This document shows positions 17,590 to 27,580 of a stretch of 64,000 nucleotides of DNA, piece by piece. The stretch is from contig JADJJZ010000003.1 in NCBI GenBank assembly GCA_016706255.1, forward strand, positions 417,914 to 481,913, given 5' to 3'. Below the pieces are notes generated by a model. That model had not been told where the DNA came from, searched no databases, and worked only from the letters and a program-made list of their open reading frames with translations. The stretch's first letter is position 1. Each line of letters opens with the position of its first letter. Position numbers and translations under genes: made by a program. The stretch comes from Bacteroidota bacterium (GTDB taxonomy: Bacteria; Bacteroidota; Bacteroidia; Chitinophagales; BACL12).

Positions 17590-20418
17590 ATGACCTACCT
17601 CGAGGTGCAGGGTGCGCGAGTGCATAATCTTAAAAATATTAATGTTTCTATTCCTAGAAACAGTCTGGTAGTTATTACCGGTGTTAGCGGCAGCGGAAAA
17701 AGTTCGCTTGCTTTCGATACCATTTATGCAGAAGGTCAGCGCCGGTATATGGAAAGTTTTTCTGCCTATGCGCGACAGTTTTTTGGTGCGATAGAAAGAC
17801 CTGATGTAGATAATATTTCAGGTTTAAGTCCGGTTATTTCGATTGAACAAAAAACAACAAATAAAAACCCGCGCTCTACAGTTGGAACAATAACTGAAAT
17901 TTATGATTTTATGCGACTCTTGTTTGCAAGAGCTTCAGATGCATACAGTTATGCGACAGGTGAAAAAATGGTTCGCTTTACCGAAGAACAAATTATTCAA
18001 AGTGTTATCGGTAAATTTAATGGTAAACGCATTGTGCTACTGGCCCCTGTTGTGCGTGGCAGAAAAGGGCATTACCGCGAATTGTTTGAGCAAATTCGCA
18101 AACAGGGATTTTTAAAAGTAAGGGTTGATGGCGAGATAAAAGACCTTTTACCAAAAATGCAGGTCGACCGATATAAAATGCACGATATCGAAATTGTAAT
18201 CGACCGGTTTAAAGTAGATGAAAATGATTTGGTGCGTATTAAACAAAGTGTTGCACAAGCATTAAAATCGGGCAAACAATTTATCATGGTAATGGATGCG
18301 GATAAAGGAACCGTATTTAATTATTCTAAAAAATTAATGTGCCTCGCTTCAGGCATTTCTTACGAAGAACCATCGCCTAATACATTCTCATTTAATTCAC
18401 CTTATGGGGCCTGTCCGAAGTGTAAAGGGCTGGGTGTTGTTTATGAAGTAAATCTGGAAACCCTTATGCCGGATAAAAATAAAACCATTAATAATGGTGG
18501 TATTGTGGCTTTGGGCGAATTCCGCGATAATATTTTATTCAAACAAATTAAATCGATAGCTACAAAGTATAAATTTAATTTATCTACACCAATAAAAGAT
18601 ATTCCTAAAAAGGGTTTAAATGCAATTTTATTTGGGGGAGAAGGTGATGCGGAATTGCCTGAAGATGATACGGTTTTTTTAGGCGAAGCAGACAGATGGT
18701 ACACACTCGAATTTGGCGGATTAACAAAATTAATTAAACGCTGCTTTTCTAATTCCATTTCCGAAAACATGCGACGATGGTCAGAGGATTTTATGGAAAA
18801 AGCAACTTGCGATGAATGCAACGGAACAAGATTAAAAAAAGAAGCGCTGTATTTTAAAGTAGATGAAAAAAATATTGCCGAATTGGCATTAATGGATATT
18901 AAAGATTTGCACGATTGGTTTAGTGATGTGGATGAAAGAATGAGTGCAAAACAACAAACTATTGCAAAAGATATTTTAAAGGAAATTCGAGCACGTATTG
19001 GCTTTATTAAAAATGTGGGGCTCGATTATCTGTCACTCGACAGGCCAACCAGAACACTAAGTGGTGGCGAATCGCAGCGCATACGACTGGCAACACAAAT
19101 TGGCTCTCAATTGGTTGGTATTACATATATTTTAGATGAGCCCTCAATTGGCTTACATCAGCGCGATAACAATAAATTAATTGAAGCCTTAAAAGATTTG
19201 CGTGACAGCGGTAATACCGTTTTGGTTGTTGAACATGATAAGGACATGATGATGCATGCCGATTATGTTATCGACCTTGGACCCGGAGCAGGTATTCACG
19301 GTGGCGAATTAGTTGGTGAAGGCGACCCGGTTACATTTATGAAAGCAGGAACCATTACTGCTGAATATTTAACAGAGCAAAGAAAAATTGAATATCTTAC
19401 CACAAGAAGAAAAGGTAATGGGAAAGAAATTGTATTGCAAGGTGCAACAGGACATAACCTGAAAGATGTTTCTGTAAAGTTTCCCCTAGGTATTTTAATT
19501 TGTGTTACCGGTGTGAGTGGAAGTGGAAAATCGAGTTTAATTAATTCCACTTTATTTCCCATCATGCAACAACATTATTATAACTCACTGAAAAAACCTT
19601 TGCCTTATAAAAAAATAGACGGATTAAAACATATTGATAAAGTAATCGAAATTGATCAGTCACCAATTGGCAGAACACCACGTTCTAATCCTGTTACTTA
19701 TATTGATGTGTTTTCTGAAATTCGAAATTTATTTGCCTTAGTTCCGGAAGCAAAAATTCGTGGTTACAAAGCAGGACGTTTTTCATTTAACGTAAAAGGT
19801 GGACGCTGCGATGTTTGTGAAGGCGGAGGTATGAAGGTTATTGAAATGAATTTTTTACCGGATGTGTATGTGGAATGCGAAAAATGCAGGGGTAAAAGAT
19901 ACAACCGCGAAACCCTGGAAATTTATTATAAAGGAAAAAATATTGCAGATGTACTGGACATGACCGTTGATCATGCTTCAGACTTTTTTGAAAATCATCC
20001 GCGTATTTTCAAAAAAATAAAAACTTTACAGGAAGTTGGTCTAGGATATATTCGTTTAGGGCAGGCCTCCACAACATTAAGTGGTGGTGAAGCTCAACGT
20101 GTTAAACTGGCTGAAGAATTATCGAGAAAAGATACAGGCAATACTTTTTATATATTAGATGAGCCTACTACAGGATTACATTTTGAAGATATACGCGTAT
20201 TAATGAATGTAATTAACGATTTAGTAGAAAAAGGCAACACGGTTTTAATTATTGAACACAATCTTGATGTAATTAAACTGGCTGATCATATTATTGACCT
20301 TGGCCCTGAAGGCGGCGCCGGCGGTGGAAAAATTATTGTAGAAGGTACACCGGAACAGGTTGCAAAAAATGCAAAAAGTCACACCGGTAAATATCTTAAA
20401 CTGGAAATGAAACTGTAA
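17590..20418 (+). CDS. uvrA: Excinuclease ABC subunit UvrA
   Basis: [53 protein letters not shown] aligns with the E. coli UvrA N-terminus as I remember it. It has two ABC modules and zinc-finger cysteines. The maximal ORF starts at TTG 17503, but ATG 17590 fits the conserved N-terminus. Confidence 0.95.
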   Translation: MTYLEVQGARVHNLKNINVSIPRNSLVVITGVSGSGKSSLAFDTIYAEGQRRYMESFSAYARQFFGAIERPDVDNISGLSPVISIEQKTTNKNPRSTVGTITEIYDFMRLLFARASDAYSYATGEKMVRFTEEQIIQSVIGKFNGKRIVLLAPVVRGRKGHYRELFEQIRKQGFLKVRVDGEIKDLLPKMQVDRYKMHDIEIVIDRFKVDENDLVRIKQSVAQALKSGKQFIMVMDADKGTVFNYSKKLMCLASGISYEEPSPNTFSFNSPYGACPKCKGLGVVYEVNLETLMPDKNKTINNGGIVALGEFRDNILFKQIKSIATKYKFNLSTPIKDIPKKGLNAILFGGEGDAELPEDDTVFLGEADRWYTLEFGGLTKLIKRCFSNSISENMRRWSEDFMEKATCDECNGTRLKKEALYFKVDEKNIAELALMDIKDLHDWFSDVDERMSAKQQTIAKDILKEIRARIGFIKNVGLDYLSLDRPTRTLSGGESQRIRLATQIGSQLVGITYILDEPSIGLHQRDNNKLIEALKDLRDSGNTVLVVEHDKDMMMHADYVIDLGPGAGIHGGELVGEGDPVTFMKAGTITAEYLTEQRKIEYLTTRRKGNGKEIVLQGATGHNLKDVSVKFPLGILICVTGVSGSGKSSLINSTLFPIMQQHYYNSLKKPLPYKKIDGLKHIDKVIEIDQSPIGRTPRSNPVTYIDVFSEIRNLFALVPEAKIRGYKAGRFSFNVKGGRCDVCEGGGMKVIEMNFLPDVYVECEKCRGKRYNRETLEIYYKGKNIADVLDMTVDHASDFFENHPRIFKKIKTLQEVGLGYIRLGQASTTLSGGEAQRVKLAEELSRKDTGNTFYILDEPTTGLHFEDIRVLMNVINDLVEKGNTVLIIEHNLDVIKLADHIIDLGPEGGAGGGKIIVEGTPEQVAKNAKSHTGKYLKLEMKL

Positions 20419-22848
20419 TTATTTTTTACGAATTCTGTTGAATGTAAAAAAACGTTTCCAAAATGATTTCGGATTAACTGTATCTGAATAATAATCATTG
20501 TATCCGGTATAACCGTAGCCATAACCATATCCATAACCGTAGCCGTAACCATATTCTGTTCCACTGGCATTAGCATCATTTACTACAATACCAATATTGG
20601 TCAAATGATTATCATTATACAAACGATTAACATTTCCGATAAAGTTGCGTTTTGAATAATTTACACGAATCATGTAAATCGCTAAATCTGCTTTTGCCAT
20701 AATAGGAATAGAGTCAGAAACTATACCTACCGGAGGGCTGTCAATTATTACAAAATCGTAAATGGCCAGCAAATCTGCCATTAGTTTATCACATGCCGGT
20801 GATACTAATAACTCGGCCGGATTCGGTGGCACAGGACCTGCAATTAAAATATCGCAACCGGCTTCTTCAAGCGGCTGAATACAATCCTGGAAATTATCTT
20901 TATTAATCAGGATAGTACTAACCCCCTGCTGATTTTTTAATTTAAATGCTTTATGCACTTTTGGTTTCCGTAAATCGAAATCCACCAAAATAACTTTTTT
21001 ACCTGCTGAACTAATTACGTTCGCTAGATTTAATGCCGTAAACGTTTTACCCTCACCACTCACGGTTGAAGTAATTACAATCAATTTGCCTTTGTCATCA
21101 CTTTTAAGGAAATATTGCATATTACTTCGTATTGCTCTAAACGACTCGGCAATATGTGATTTCGGACTTGCAGTTACCACAATTTGTGGGGTGTCCATTT
21201 TCGATTTATTATACATAGGCAATGCACCAAGTAAAGGTACATTTGTTGATTTCTCAACATCAGGAACACCAATAATTGTGCTGTGCAATAGGAAGCGTAA
21301 ATATATATGGGCAAATGATATACCAATACAAATGAGTATCGCTAAACCCCAGATTTTAGCTTTTACCGGTGCTACCAGTGAGCCACGTTCACCTGAATCA
21401 AGAATAATGTAATCACTGCTCATACCCGCAAGCGTAATTTCATATTCCGATTGTTTTTCAAGGAGTAATAAATAATATTTTTCCTTTAAATCATTTAATC
21501 GGGTTAATCGCGCAAATTCAGATTGTTGTTCAGGTAATTTTAAAAATTCACCTTCGTATTTGTTTTTTTCTTCAGTAAGGTAATTATCACGAACCTCAAG
21601 CTTTTTTTCAGCGTTTACAATTGCCTGTTTAAAGTTTTCGGTAACTTTTGAAATTTGTTTGTTGATAGAAGTTAAACGTGGATCTGAAGATGGTACACTG
21701 AGTATGAGCGTTTCTTTTTCTTTGTTTAAATCAACCAGCGAATTGAGGTAAGGCGTAAAATCACTGTATTCTAAATCACCAAAATAATTCGCCAGCGCAT
21801 CAAGGTCACTGTTTTTGTTATTCGTAAAATCTTTAAGCCACTTTAAACTTTTTTGTTCAAGGGTAACCTGAAATTTAGCCTGATCAATCTCATTTAACTT
21901 TTGAACAATATTAGACTCTGCGAGTTCCGGGCTAATTATGAGATTTTCCTTTTTGAAGGTTTTCAACAAATTTTCCTGGTCATACAATTCTTTTTCAAGC
22001 GAATCAATTTGATCTTCAATAAAATTGATTATCATTTCGGCACTTCCGGCTTTTCTTGTTAAACTCATATTCACAATTTCGCCGGCAATCGTATTTACAA
22101 CATCTTTTGTTTTTACAGGATTATTATCCCGATAGTTAATTACAATTTTACCACCATAAAGATTATCTACATCTATCTCTACTTTCCCTTCAATTCGTTC
22201 GGCTTCTCTATTAATGTCATTTATAACAAAATAATAATTTTCATAAAACGACTTTTCTCTTTCTTTTTTCAGGTGGGCAGTAATATTAAATTCAGGAGTG
22301 CTAAATGGTTTTTCAAAATCGAAATTATATTCTATATGTTCTCCGCCTATTTCATATTTTATCACATAATGCGAAGGATCAATTACGTGTAAATCAATTT
22401 TTTTACCAACGATGCTGGAATCCAGCACTTGTACTTTTACGTCAAACGGACTTGCATTATAAACCTCACCCTCCTTTACGCGTTCACGAATAAAATAAGA
22501 TACTTGCAATGGAAGCGATTTCAACGCTTTAATTTTATAACCTTTAGAATTAAGGATGGTCATCTCCTCATTCAAACGGTCAACATTGGTATTGGAAACG
22601 AGTATACCTAAATCAATGGAGTTATCTTTTGATTTATCTTTAAATTGAACATCCGCCTGCGATTCATACAGTGGGCTGGTATATCGCCCTATTAAATAGG
22701 ATGCTACAAATGCTAATATGATATATAAAACTATCCACCAACGCGTTAACCATCCAATCGTTAAAAATAATTTCCAGTTAAACGACTGATCTTCGTTCGC
22801 ATCACTGCTATTTAATATTTCATTTCCATTAGTTGCCATTCCGCACAA
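20419..22848 (-). CDS. wzc: Polysaccharide co-polymerase / BY-kinase (Wzc-like tyrosine autokinase)
   Basis: The N-terminal Wzz-like domain has two TMs and a long coiled coil. The C-terminal kinase has Walker A SGEGKTF, A' VILVDFDLRKP and B FVIIDSPP, plus a Tyr-rich tail. Confidence 0.85.
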   Translation of the reverse strand: MCGMATNGNEILNSSDANEDQSFNWKLFLTIGWLTRWWIVLYIILAFVASYLIGRYTSPLYESQADVQFKDKSKDNSIDLGILVSNTNVDRLNEEMTILNSKGYKIKALKSLPLQVSYFIRERVKEGEVYNASPFDVKVQVLDSSIVGKKIDLHVIDPSHYVIKYEIGGEHIEYNFDFEKPFSTPEFNITAHLKKEREKSFYENYYFVINDINREAERIEGKVEIDVDNLYGGKIVINYRDNNPVKTKDVVNTIAGEIVNMSLTRKAGSAEMIINFIEDQIDSLEKELYDQENLLKTFKKENLIISPELAESNIVQKLNEIDQAKFQVTLEQKSLKWLKDFTNNKNSDLDALANYFGDLEYSDFTPYLNSLVDLNKEKETLILSVPSSDPRLTSINKQISKVTENFKQAIVNAEKKLEVRDNYLTEEKNKYEGEFLKLPEQQSEFARLTRLNDLKEKYYLLLLEKQSEYEITLAGMSSDYIILDSGERGSLVAPVKAKIWGLAILICIGISFAHIYLRFLLHSTIIGVPDVEKSTNVPLLGALPMYNKSKMDTPQIVVTASPKSHIAESFRAIRSNMQYFLKSDDKGKLIVITSTVSGEGKTFTALNLANVISSAGKKVILVDFDLRKPKVHKAFKLKNQQGVSTILINKDNFQDCIQPLEEAGCDILIAGPVPPNPAELLVSPACDKLMADLLAIYDFVIIDSPPVGIVSDSIPIMAKADLAIYMIRVNYSKRNFIGNVNRLYNDNHLTNIGIVVNDANASGTEYGYGYGYGYGYGYGYTGYNDYYSDTVNPKSFWKRFFTFNRIRKK
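20488..20553 (-). repeat. Tyr cluster encoded as (YG)7-Y-T-G-Y-N-D-Y-Y in the Wzc tail
   Basis: Read directly: ata/gta (Tyr, antisense) alternate with acc/gcc/tcc (Gly, antisense) across 20509-20553. There are 11 Tyr in 22 residues. Confidence 0.9.
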
Positions 22849-23637
22849 TTATTTACTAAGATTAACAAAGAAAGCATATATCACAACAATGCTGGAAACT
22901 GTTGTGATAATCGGGGCCAATTCACGAAAAACAGTGGCATTTAATACGGGTTCTATATAAATAATATCATTTGGTTGCACATACGTGCTCGCGGCTTGTA
23001 AGCCTGATATTTCTGAAAGATCAATTATCTGAGTTTGAGGTGCACCATTAATGTTTCTGATAACAGTAATTTTAGCTGCTTTACCATTTTCGGGAACACC
23101 ACCTGCAGCACCAATCGCTTCTATTATTGTCATGTCGGGCCTGTCCAACAAAACTTTACGCGATTCTGAACTCCCGCGATAAACCGTAACAAATTTATTT
23201 ACGACTAATACATTAACATATGGGTCAATGTAATTTTTACTGTAAGCTTCAGTTAATTTTATTTCAGCTTCACGTGTAGTTAGTCCTTGTAATTGTATTA
23301 CTCCGATTATCGGCAAATTAGCTTCACCTTTTGCATCAATCGTGTAACTTAATGAAGTTGTTGACGCCTGCAAGGCAACTTCATTCGATGAAACAATTTG
23401 TGGCTCTATCAATGAATATCCACCCTTTGGAAAAACCAACACATTCAGTACATCACCTTGTGTTATCCTAAAATCAGGGCTTACTGTATCCAAAAAAGTA
23501 GTACCCACATAATTTTTATCTGCCTTAAGCATCCGATTCGGATTAAATACGCTGCAGGCTTGGAAAATTGGTGTTATAAATGCTAAATATAGGATACCCC
23601 TTAAAATAAAGGTCAATTTCTTATCGCTGGTCAACAT
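22849..23637 (-). CDS. wza: Outer-membrane polysaccharide export protein (Wza-like, Poly_export plus SLBB)
   Basis: Lipoprotein-type signal ...IFQACS. GDVLNVLVF and the NxDIIYI-type SLBB motif (QPNDIIYIEP) are present. It sits directly upstream of wzc with 0-nt spacing. Confidence 0.8.
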   Translation of the reverse strand: MLTSDKKLTFILRGILYLAFITPIFQACSVFNPNRMLKADKNYVGTTFLDTVSPDFRITQGDVLNVLVFPKGGYSLIEPQIVSSNEVALQASTTSLSYTIDAKGEANLPIIGVIQLQGLTTREAEIKLTEAYSKNYIDPYVNVLVVNKFVTVYRGSSESRKVLLDRPDMTIIEAIGAAGGVPENGKAAKITVIRNINGAPQTQIIDLSEISGLQAASTYVQPNDIIYIEPVLNATVFRELAPIITTVSSIVVIYAFFVNLSK

Positions 23638-23755
23638 TATCTTTTATTGTGTGCTGTTTTCTAACCCCCTAATAACCAACAAATATATGATTTCAGACTG
23701 ATTCCCAATGGAATTTTGACCTTAAATAAGGTTATTTGGTAGCGGTAATATCTGC

Positions 23756-25672
23756 CTACCGGCTTTTGTCTAAGGCTTCAAAATCAGAATTTTTACTGAT
23801 AAATTCCGGAATAAATGCCTTTAAGGATGTAACAACCTGAATCGTATCTCCCGAATTCAAGGCTAATTTAAGATTATTTATATGTGTTTGCACCACCTCA
23901 CTCGGGTATTGTGTAGTTATCGCAATTTTAATTTTGTGATGATGTGTAGGTAAGGTATTTTCATTTGTATTGAGCAATTCTTCATGTAATTTTTCGCCCG
24001 GACGTAATCCGGTGAAAATAAACGGAATATCTTTTTCCGGCTCCAGACCGCTCAATAGCACCATTTTTCTTGCCAAATCAATAATTTTTACCGGTTCACC
24101 CATATCAAATAGGTATAATTCGCTGGTTTTACCCATTGTGGCAGCCTCGAGCACTAACTGACAAGCTTCTGCAATGGTCATAAAATATCTGGTTACTTCA
24201 GGGTGCGTTATTGTAAGTGGTCCACCCGCTTCAATTTGTTTACTAAAGTAATTTACTACAGAACCATTACTACCCAATACATTTCCAAACCGTGTAGTAG
24301 TAAATACCGTTTTAATGGATGTATCTTTCGATTTATCCTGAACATAAATTTCGGCAGCCCTTTTTGTTGCACCCATTACATTTGTCGGATTAACTGCCTT
24401 GTCAGTTGATATCATAACAAATTTTTCAACCGCATTTGAAATTGCAAGGTCTACCAGATTTTTTGTCCCGAAAATGTTTACATCAATCGCTTCAATTACA
24501 TTTTGTTCCATTAATGGAACGTGTTTGTAAGCCGCTGCATGAAAAATAATTTGCGGTTTATAATTTGTAATGATTTGTTCTAAACGTTTGTAATTGGTAA
24601 TATCACAAATAACATATACGATACTGCAATTATTGTTATTTAATTTAAAAAACAAATCCATTTTCACATCAAATAAAGCACTCTCTGCCTGGTCTAATAA
24701 AATAAGCTGACCTGGTTGAAACTTTAAGATTTGTTTCACCATTTCACTGCCAATTGAGCCGGCAGCTCCGGAAATTAGAATGGTTTTTCCCGAAAAATTA
24801 TTTTTTAATTTTTCATTTTCAAGCAAAATAGGCTCCCTGCCTAAAAGGTCTTCAATGTTAATATTTTTAATTTGTTGTAAACTCAATTGACCGTTAATCC
24901 AATCGGTAACAGGAGGCACAGACTTAACGCTGATCTGATTTTCAAGGCAATAAGCAACCACTTCATTTTTACGGTTTATTTCTATATCGTTAATGCCAAT
25001 TATCAATTCTTCAATGGCGTATTTACTTAAAAGGGTGCTTAATTTTTTTGAAGAATAAATTTTTATCCCTTCAATTGTCTTATTGATTTTAGACGCATTG
25101 TCATCTAAAAATGCAATAACAGAATAATTGGTATTTGTATCATTTTTTAACGCCTGTAAAACACTTAACCCTCTTCTTCCTGCACCATAAATAACAACAG
25201 GAATAGGGGTTATTTTATGCCTGTTCGCCTGATAAAAAAATACTTTTATACCATATCGGCTGAAAATTAAAAGCGAAATACTTAATGCAGCATGAATAAT
25301 GGCAATAGCAATCGGTAATATTCCAGGTGTAAAATAATATGTTTTACTTAATCCGGAAATAATTATTACTAAAAGTGTGGCAGCTAATCCTGCTTTTATT
25401 AAACGCAGCGCATCTGCAATGCCGGAGTGACGAATTATTCCATCGAATGATTTAAAGGCAATAAAACTAATTCCAAAAAGTGCCGTTGTTAAAAAGGTAT
25501 CACCCAGGTAATCTTTAAATGAAATTGCAGCTACATTAAAATTATATCGCAAAATATAGGCGACTCCATAGGTGAATATGGTAATGATAATATCAAAACC
25601 AAACACTACCCATTTGGATAAAATGCGTGTACCGAATTCACGGTTTATATAATTGTTCCACCTTTCGGTCAT
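23756..25672 (-). CDS. Membrane-anchored UDP-HexNAc 4,6-dehydratase family protein (CapD/PglF/WbpM-like)
   Basis: 638 aa with 4-5 N-terminal TMs followed by an extended SDR domain (ILISGAAGSIGSEM, FHAAAYKHVP). Confidence 0.85.
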   Translation of the reverse strand: MTERWNNYINREFGTRILSKWVVFGFDIIITIFTYGVAYILRYNFNVAAISFKDYLGDTFLTTALFGISFIAFKSFDGIIRHSGIADALRLIKAGLAATLLVIIISGLSKTYYFTPGILPIAIAIIHAALSISLLIFSRYGIKVFFYQANRHKITPIPVVIYGAGRRGLSVLQALKNDTNTNYSVIAFLDDNASKINKTIEGIKIYSSKKLSTLLSKYAIEELIIGINDIEINRKNEVVAYCLENQISVKSVPPVTDWINGQLSLQQIKNINIEDLLGREPILLENEKLKNNFSGKTILISGAAGSIGSEMVKQILKFQPGQLILLDQAESALFDVKMDLFFKLNNNNCSIVYVICDITNYKRLEQIITNYKPQIIFHAAAYKHVPLMEQNVIEAIDVNIFGTKNLVDLAISNAVEKFVMISTDKAVNPTNVMGATKRAAEIYVQDKSKDTSIKTVFTTTRFGNVLGSNGSVVNYFSKQIEAGGPLTITHPEVTRYFMTIAEACQLVLEAATMGKTSELYLFDMGEPVKIIDLARKMVLLSGLEPEKDIPFIFTGLRPGEKLHEELLNTNENTLPTHHHKIKIAITTQYPSEVVQTHINNLKLALNSGDTIQVVTSLKAFIPEFISKNSDFEALDKSR

Positions 25673-25813
25673 AAACTTTGGTTCAACTGACAGTTGTTCA
25701 AGGGGACAGAGTAATGGCTGTTGGTGCTCAGGTTATTGGTTCACGGCCAATAACATGGGCTTTCAATATGCAAATGTAGAATAAAAAAATGAGTGGAGAG
25801 ATGCTGCCTTTTA

Positions 25814-26944
25814 TTAGGCAGTTGCTGTTTCCAGTAAAGTGCAGATTTGATCTAACTGAGATTCTGTTAGTGCAGAGCCCGACGGTAAGCAAAGGCCCTT
25901 ATTAAATAGGGTTTCACTAATACCTGTTATAAAAGCAGGATATGATTTAAAGACAGGCTGCAGATGCAATGGTTTCCATAGCGGACGACTTTCAATATTA
26001 TGCTTTTCGAGTTCTTGCCTGAAATATTCAGGTGAATGCGTAATTTCTTTATTATTAATTTGTAAAGTAGTTAGCCAGCGATTTGAAAAATAATGCGCAG
26101 GTTCATTTAAAAATTCAAAATGACCGGAACCACCTAACCTGTTTTGGTAGTACGAAAAAATATTTCTTCGTGCGGTGATACGTTGTGGCAACACTTCCAT
26201 CTGGCCCCTGCCAATTGCGGCACAAATATTACTCAGCCTGTAATTATAGCCAATTTGCGAATGCTGGTAATGTGGTGCTGCATCTCTTGCTTGTGTAGCC
26301 AAAAATCTTGATTTTTTTATCGCTTCATCATTGTTTGAAATAAGTGCTCCACCACCGGATGTTGTAATTATTTTATTTCCATTAAACGACAAAATTCCGT
26401 AGCTGCCCAAAGTGCCTGTTAATTTATTATTAATTTTTGAGCCTAACGATTCTGCAGCATCTTCAATTACCGGTATTCCATGTGCGTTTGCAATTTGTAA
26501 CAGTTCATCCATTTTTGCAGGCATACCATATAAATGAACAATAATTATTGCTTTTGGTTTTTTATTTTGACGCAAACAAAATTGAATGGCTTCTTCCAAC
26601 TGCTCCGGGTCCATATTCCATGTTTCCGGTTCGCTGTCTACAAAAACAGGTATTGCCTTTTGATAAATTATTGGATTTGCTGATGCTGAAAAGGTGAACG
26701 AGGGACAAATTACATAATCATTCTGTTGAACATTTAATAAAATTAACGCAAGATGTAAAGCTGCCGTGCCTGATGATAATGCCGCACACGATGTAATAGG
26801 TAAATAATTTTGAATTGCTGTTTCAAATGCATCTACATGCGGGCCAAGCGGAGCAATCCAATTGGTATCAAAGGCATTTTGGATATACTCCATTTCTTTA
26901 GCCCCCATATGGGGAGGAGATAAATATATTCTTTGATTTTCCAT
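25814..26944 (-). CDS. DegT/DnrJ/EryC1/StrS family sugar aminotransferase (PglE/WcfR-like)
   Basis: 376 aa with SGTAALHLAL and FNGNKIITTSGGGAL (PLP-Lys context). Confidence 0.85.
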   Translation of the reverse strand: MENQRIYLSPPHMGAKEMEYIQNAFDTNWIAPLGPHVDAFETAIQNYLPITSCAALSSGTAALHLALILLNVQQNDYVICPSFTFSASANPIIYQKAIPVFVDSEPETWNMDPEQLEEAIQFCLRQNKKPKAIIIVHLYGMPAKMDELLQIANAHGIPVIEDAAESLGSKINNKLTGTLGSYGILSFNGNKIITTSGGGALISNNDEAIKKSRFLATQARDAAPHYQHSQIGYNYRLSNICAAIGRGQMEVLPQRITARRNIFSYYQNRLGGSGHFEFLNEPAHYFSNRWLTTLQINNKEITHSPEYFRQELEKHNIESRPLWKPLHLQPVFKSYPAFITGISETLFNKGLCLPSGSALTESQLDQICTLLETATA

Positions 26945-26962
26945 CTGCTGTTTTTTGTATGC

Positions 26963-27580
26963 TTAAATATTTTTATGATTACGCCGCACAATATCAAGAT
27001 CTGCTAATTGTGAACGAGGGTCAGAAACTACACCACTTCGCCGCAAAACATATTTAACGGTTTTAATTACAATTTGTACATCTGTTTTTAAACGGATGTT
27101 TTTTACATAGGTAATATCGTATTGTAAGCGTGTATCCCAGTCAATAGTGTTTCTCCCGTTTACCTGTGCAAGTCCGGTAATTCCGGGTTTTACTAAATGC
27201 CGTTGATGCTCAGTTGTTGTATAATATGGCAGGTATTTAATTAATAATGGCCTCGGACCAATCCAACTCATTTGCCCGAATAAAATATTAAATAGTTGAG
27301 GTAATTCATCCAGTGACGTGCTGCGTAAAAATGTGCCAGCTTTGGTAATACGATGTTTATCACTTGCATAATTATTTTCTTTTTCAGGCAACATCGTAAT
27401 AAATTTATATATGGTAAAAATGCGCTCGTTTTTGCCAACTCGTTTTTGCACGAAAATAATATGACCCTTAAAATTGATAAAACAAAATAGACTAATAACC
27501 AGCATTAATGGAGAAAGTATAATAACTGCCATTAATGCAAATACAAAATCCAATAGCGGCTTTATGATATTACGATACAT
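26963..27580 (-). CDS. Small undecaprenyl-phosphate sugar-1-phosphate transferase (PglC/WcfS-like initiating enzyme)
   Basis: MYRNIIKPLLDFVFAL...SPL TM helix. KFITM, DELPQLFNIL, SWIGPRP and PGITGLAQV motifs are present. The internal ATG at 27580 is preferred over the maximal start at 27622. Confidence 0.85.
   Translation of the reverse strand: MYRNIIKPLLDFVFALMAVIILSPLMLVISLFCFINFKGHIIFVQKRVGKNERIFTIYKFITMLPEKENNYASDKHRITKAGTFLRSTSLDELPQLFNILFGQMSWIGPRPLLIKYLPYYTTTEHQRHLVKPGITGLAQVNGRNTIDWDTRLQYDITYVKNIRLKTDVQIVIKTVKYVLRRSGVVSDPRSQLADLDIVRRNHKNI

Noticed and set aside
20500-20556. The (YG)n-encoding DNA considered as a slippage-prone hexanucleotide microsatellite giving phase variation of wzc.
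   Set aside because: The units are not identical at the DNA level: tat/tac and ggt/ggc/gga alternate irregularly. Slippage would also be in-frame, so an ON/OFF switch is unlikely.
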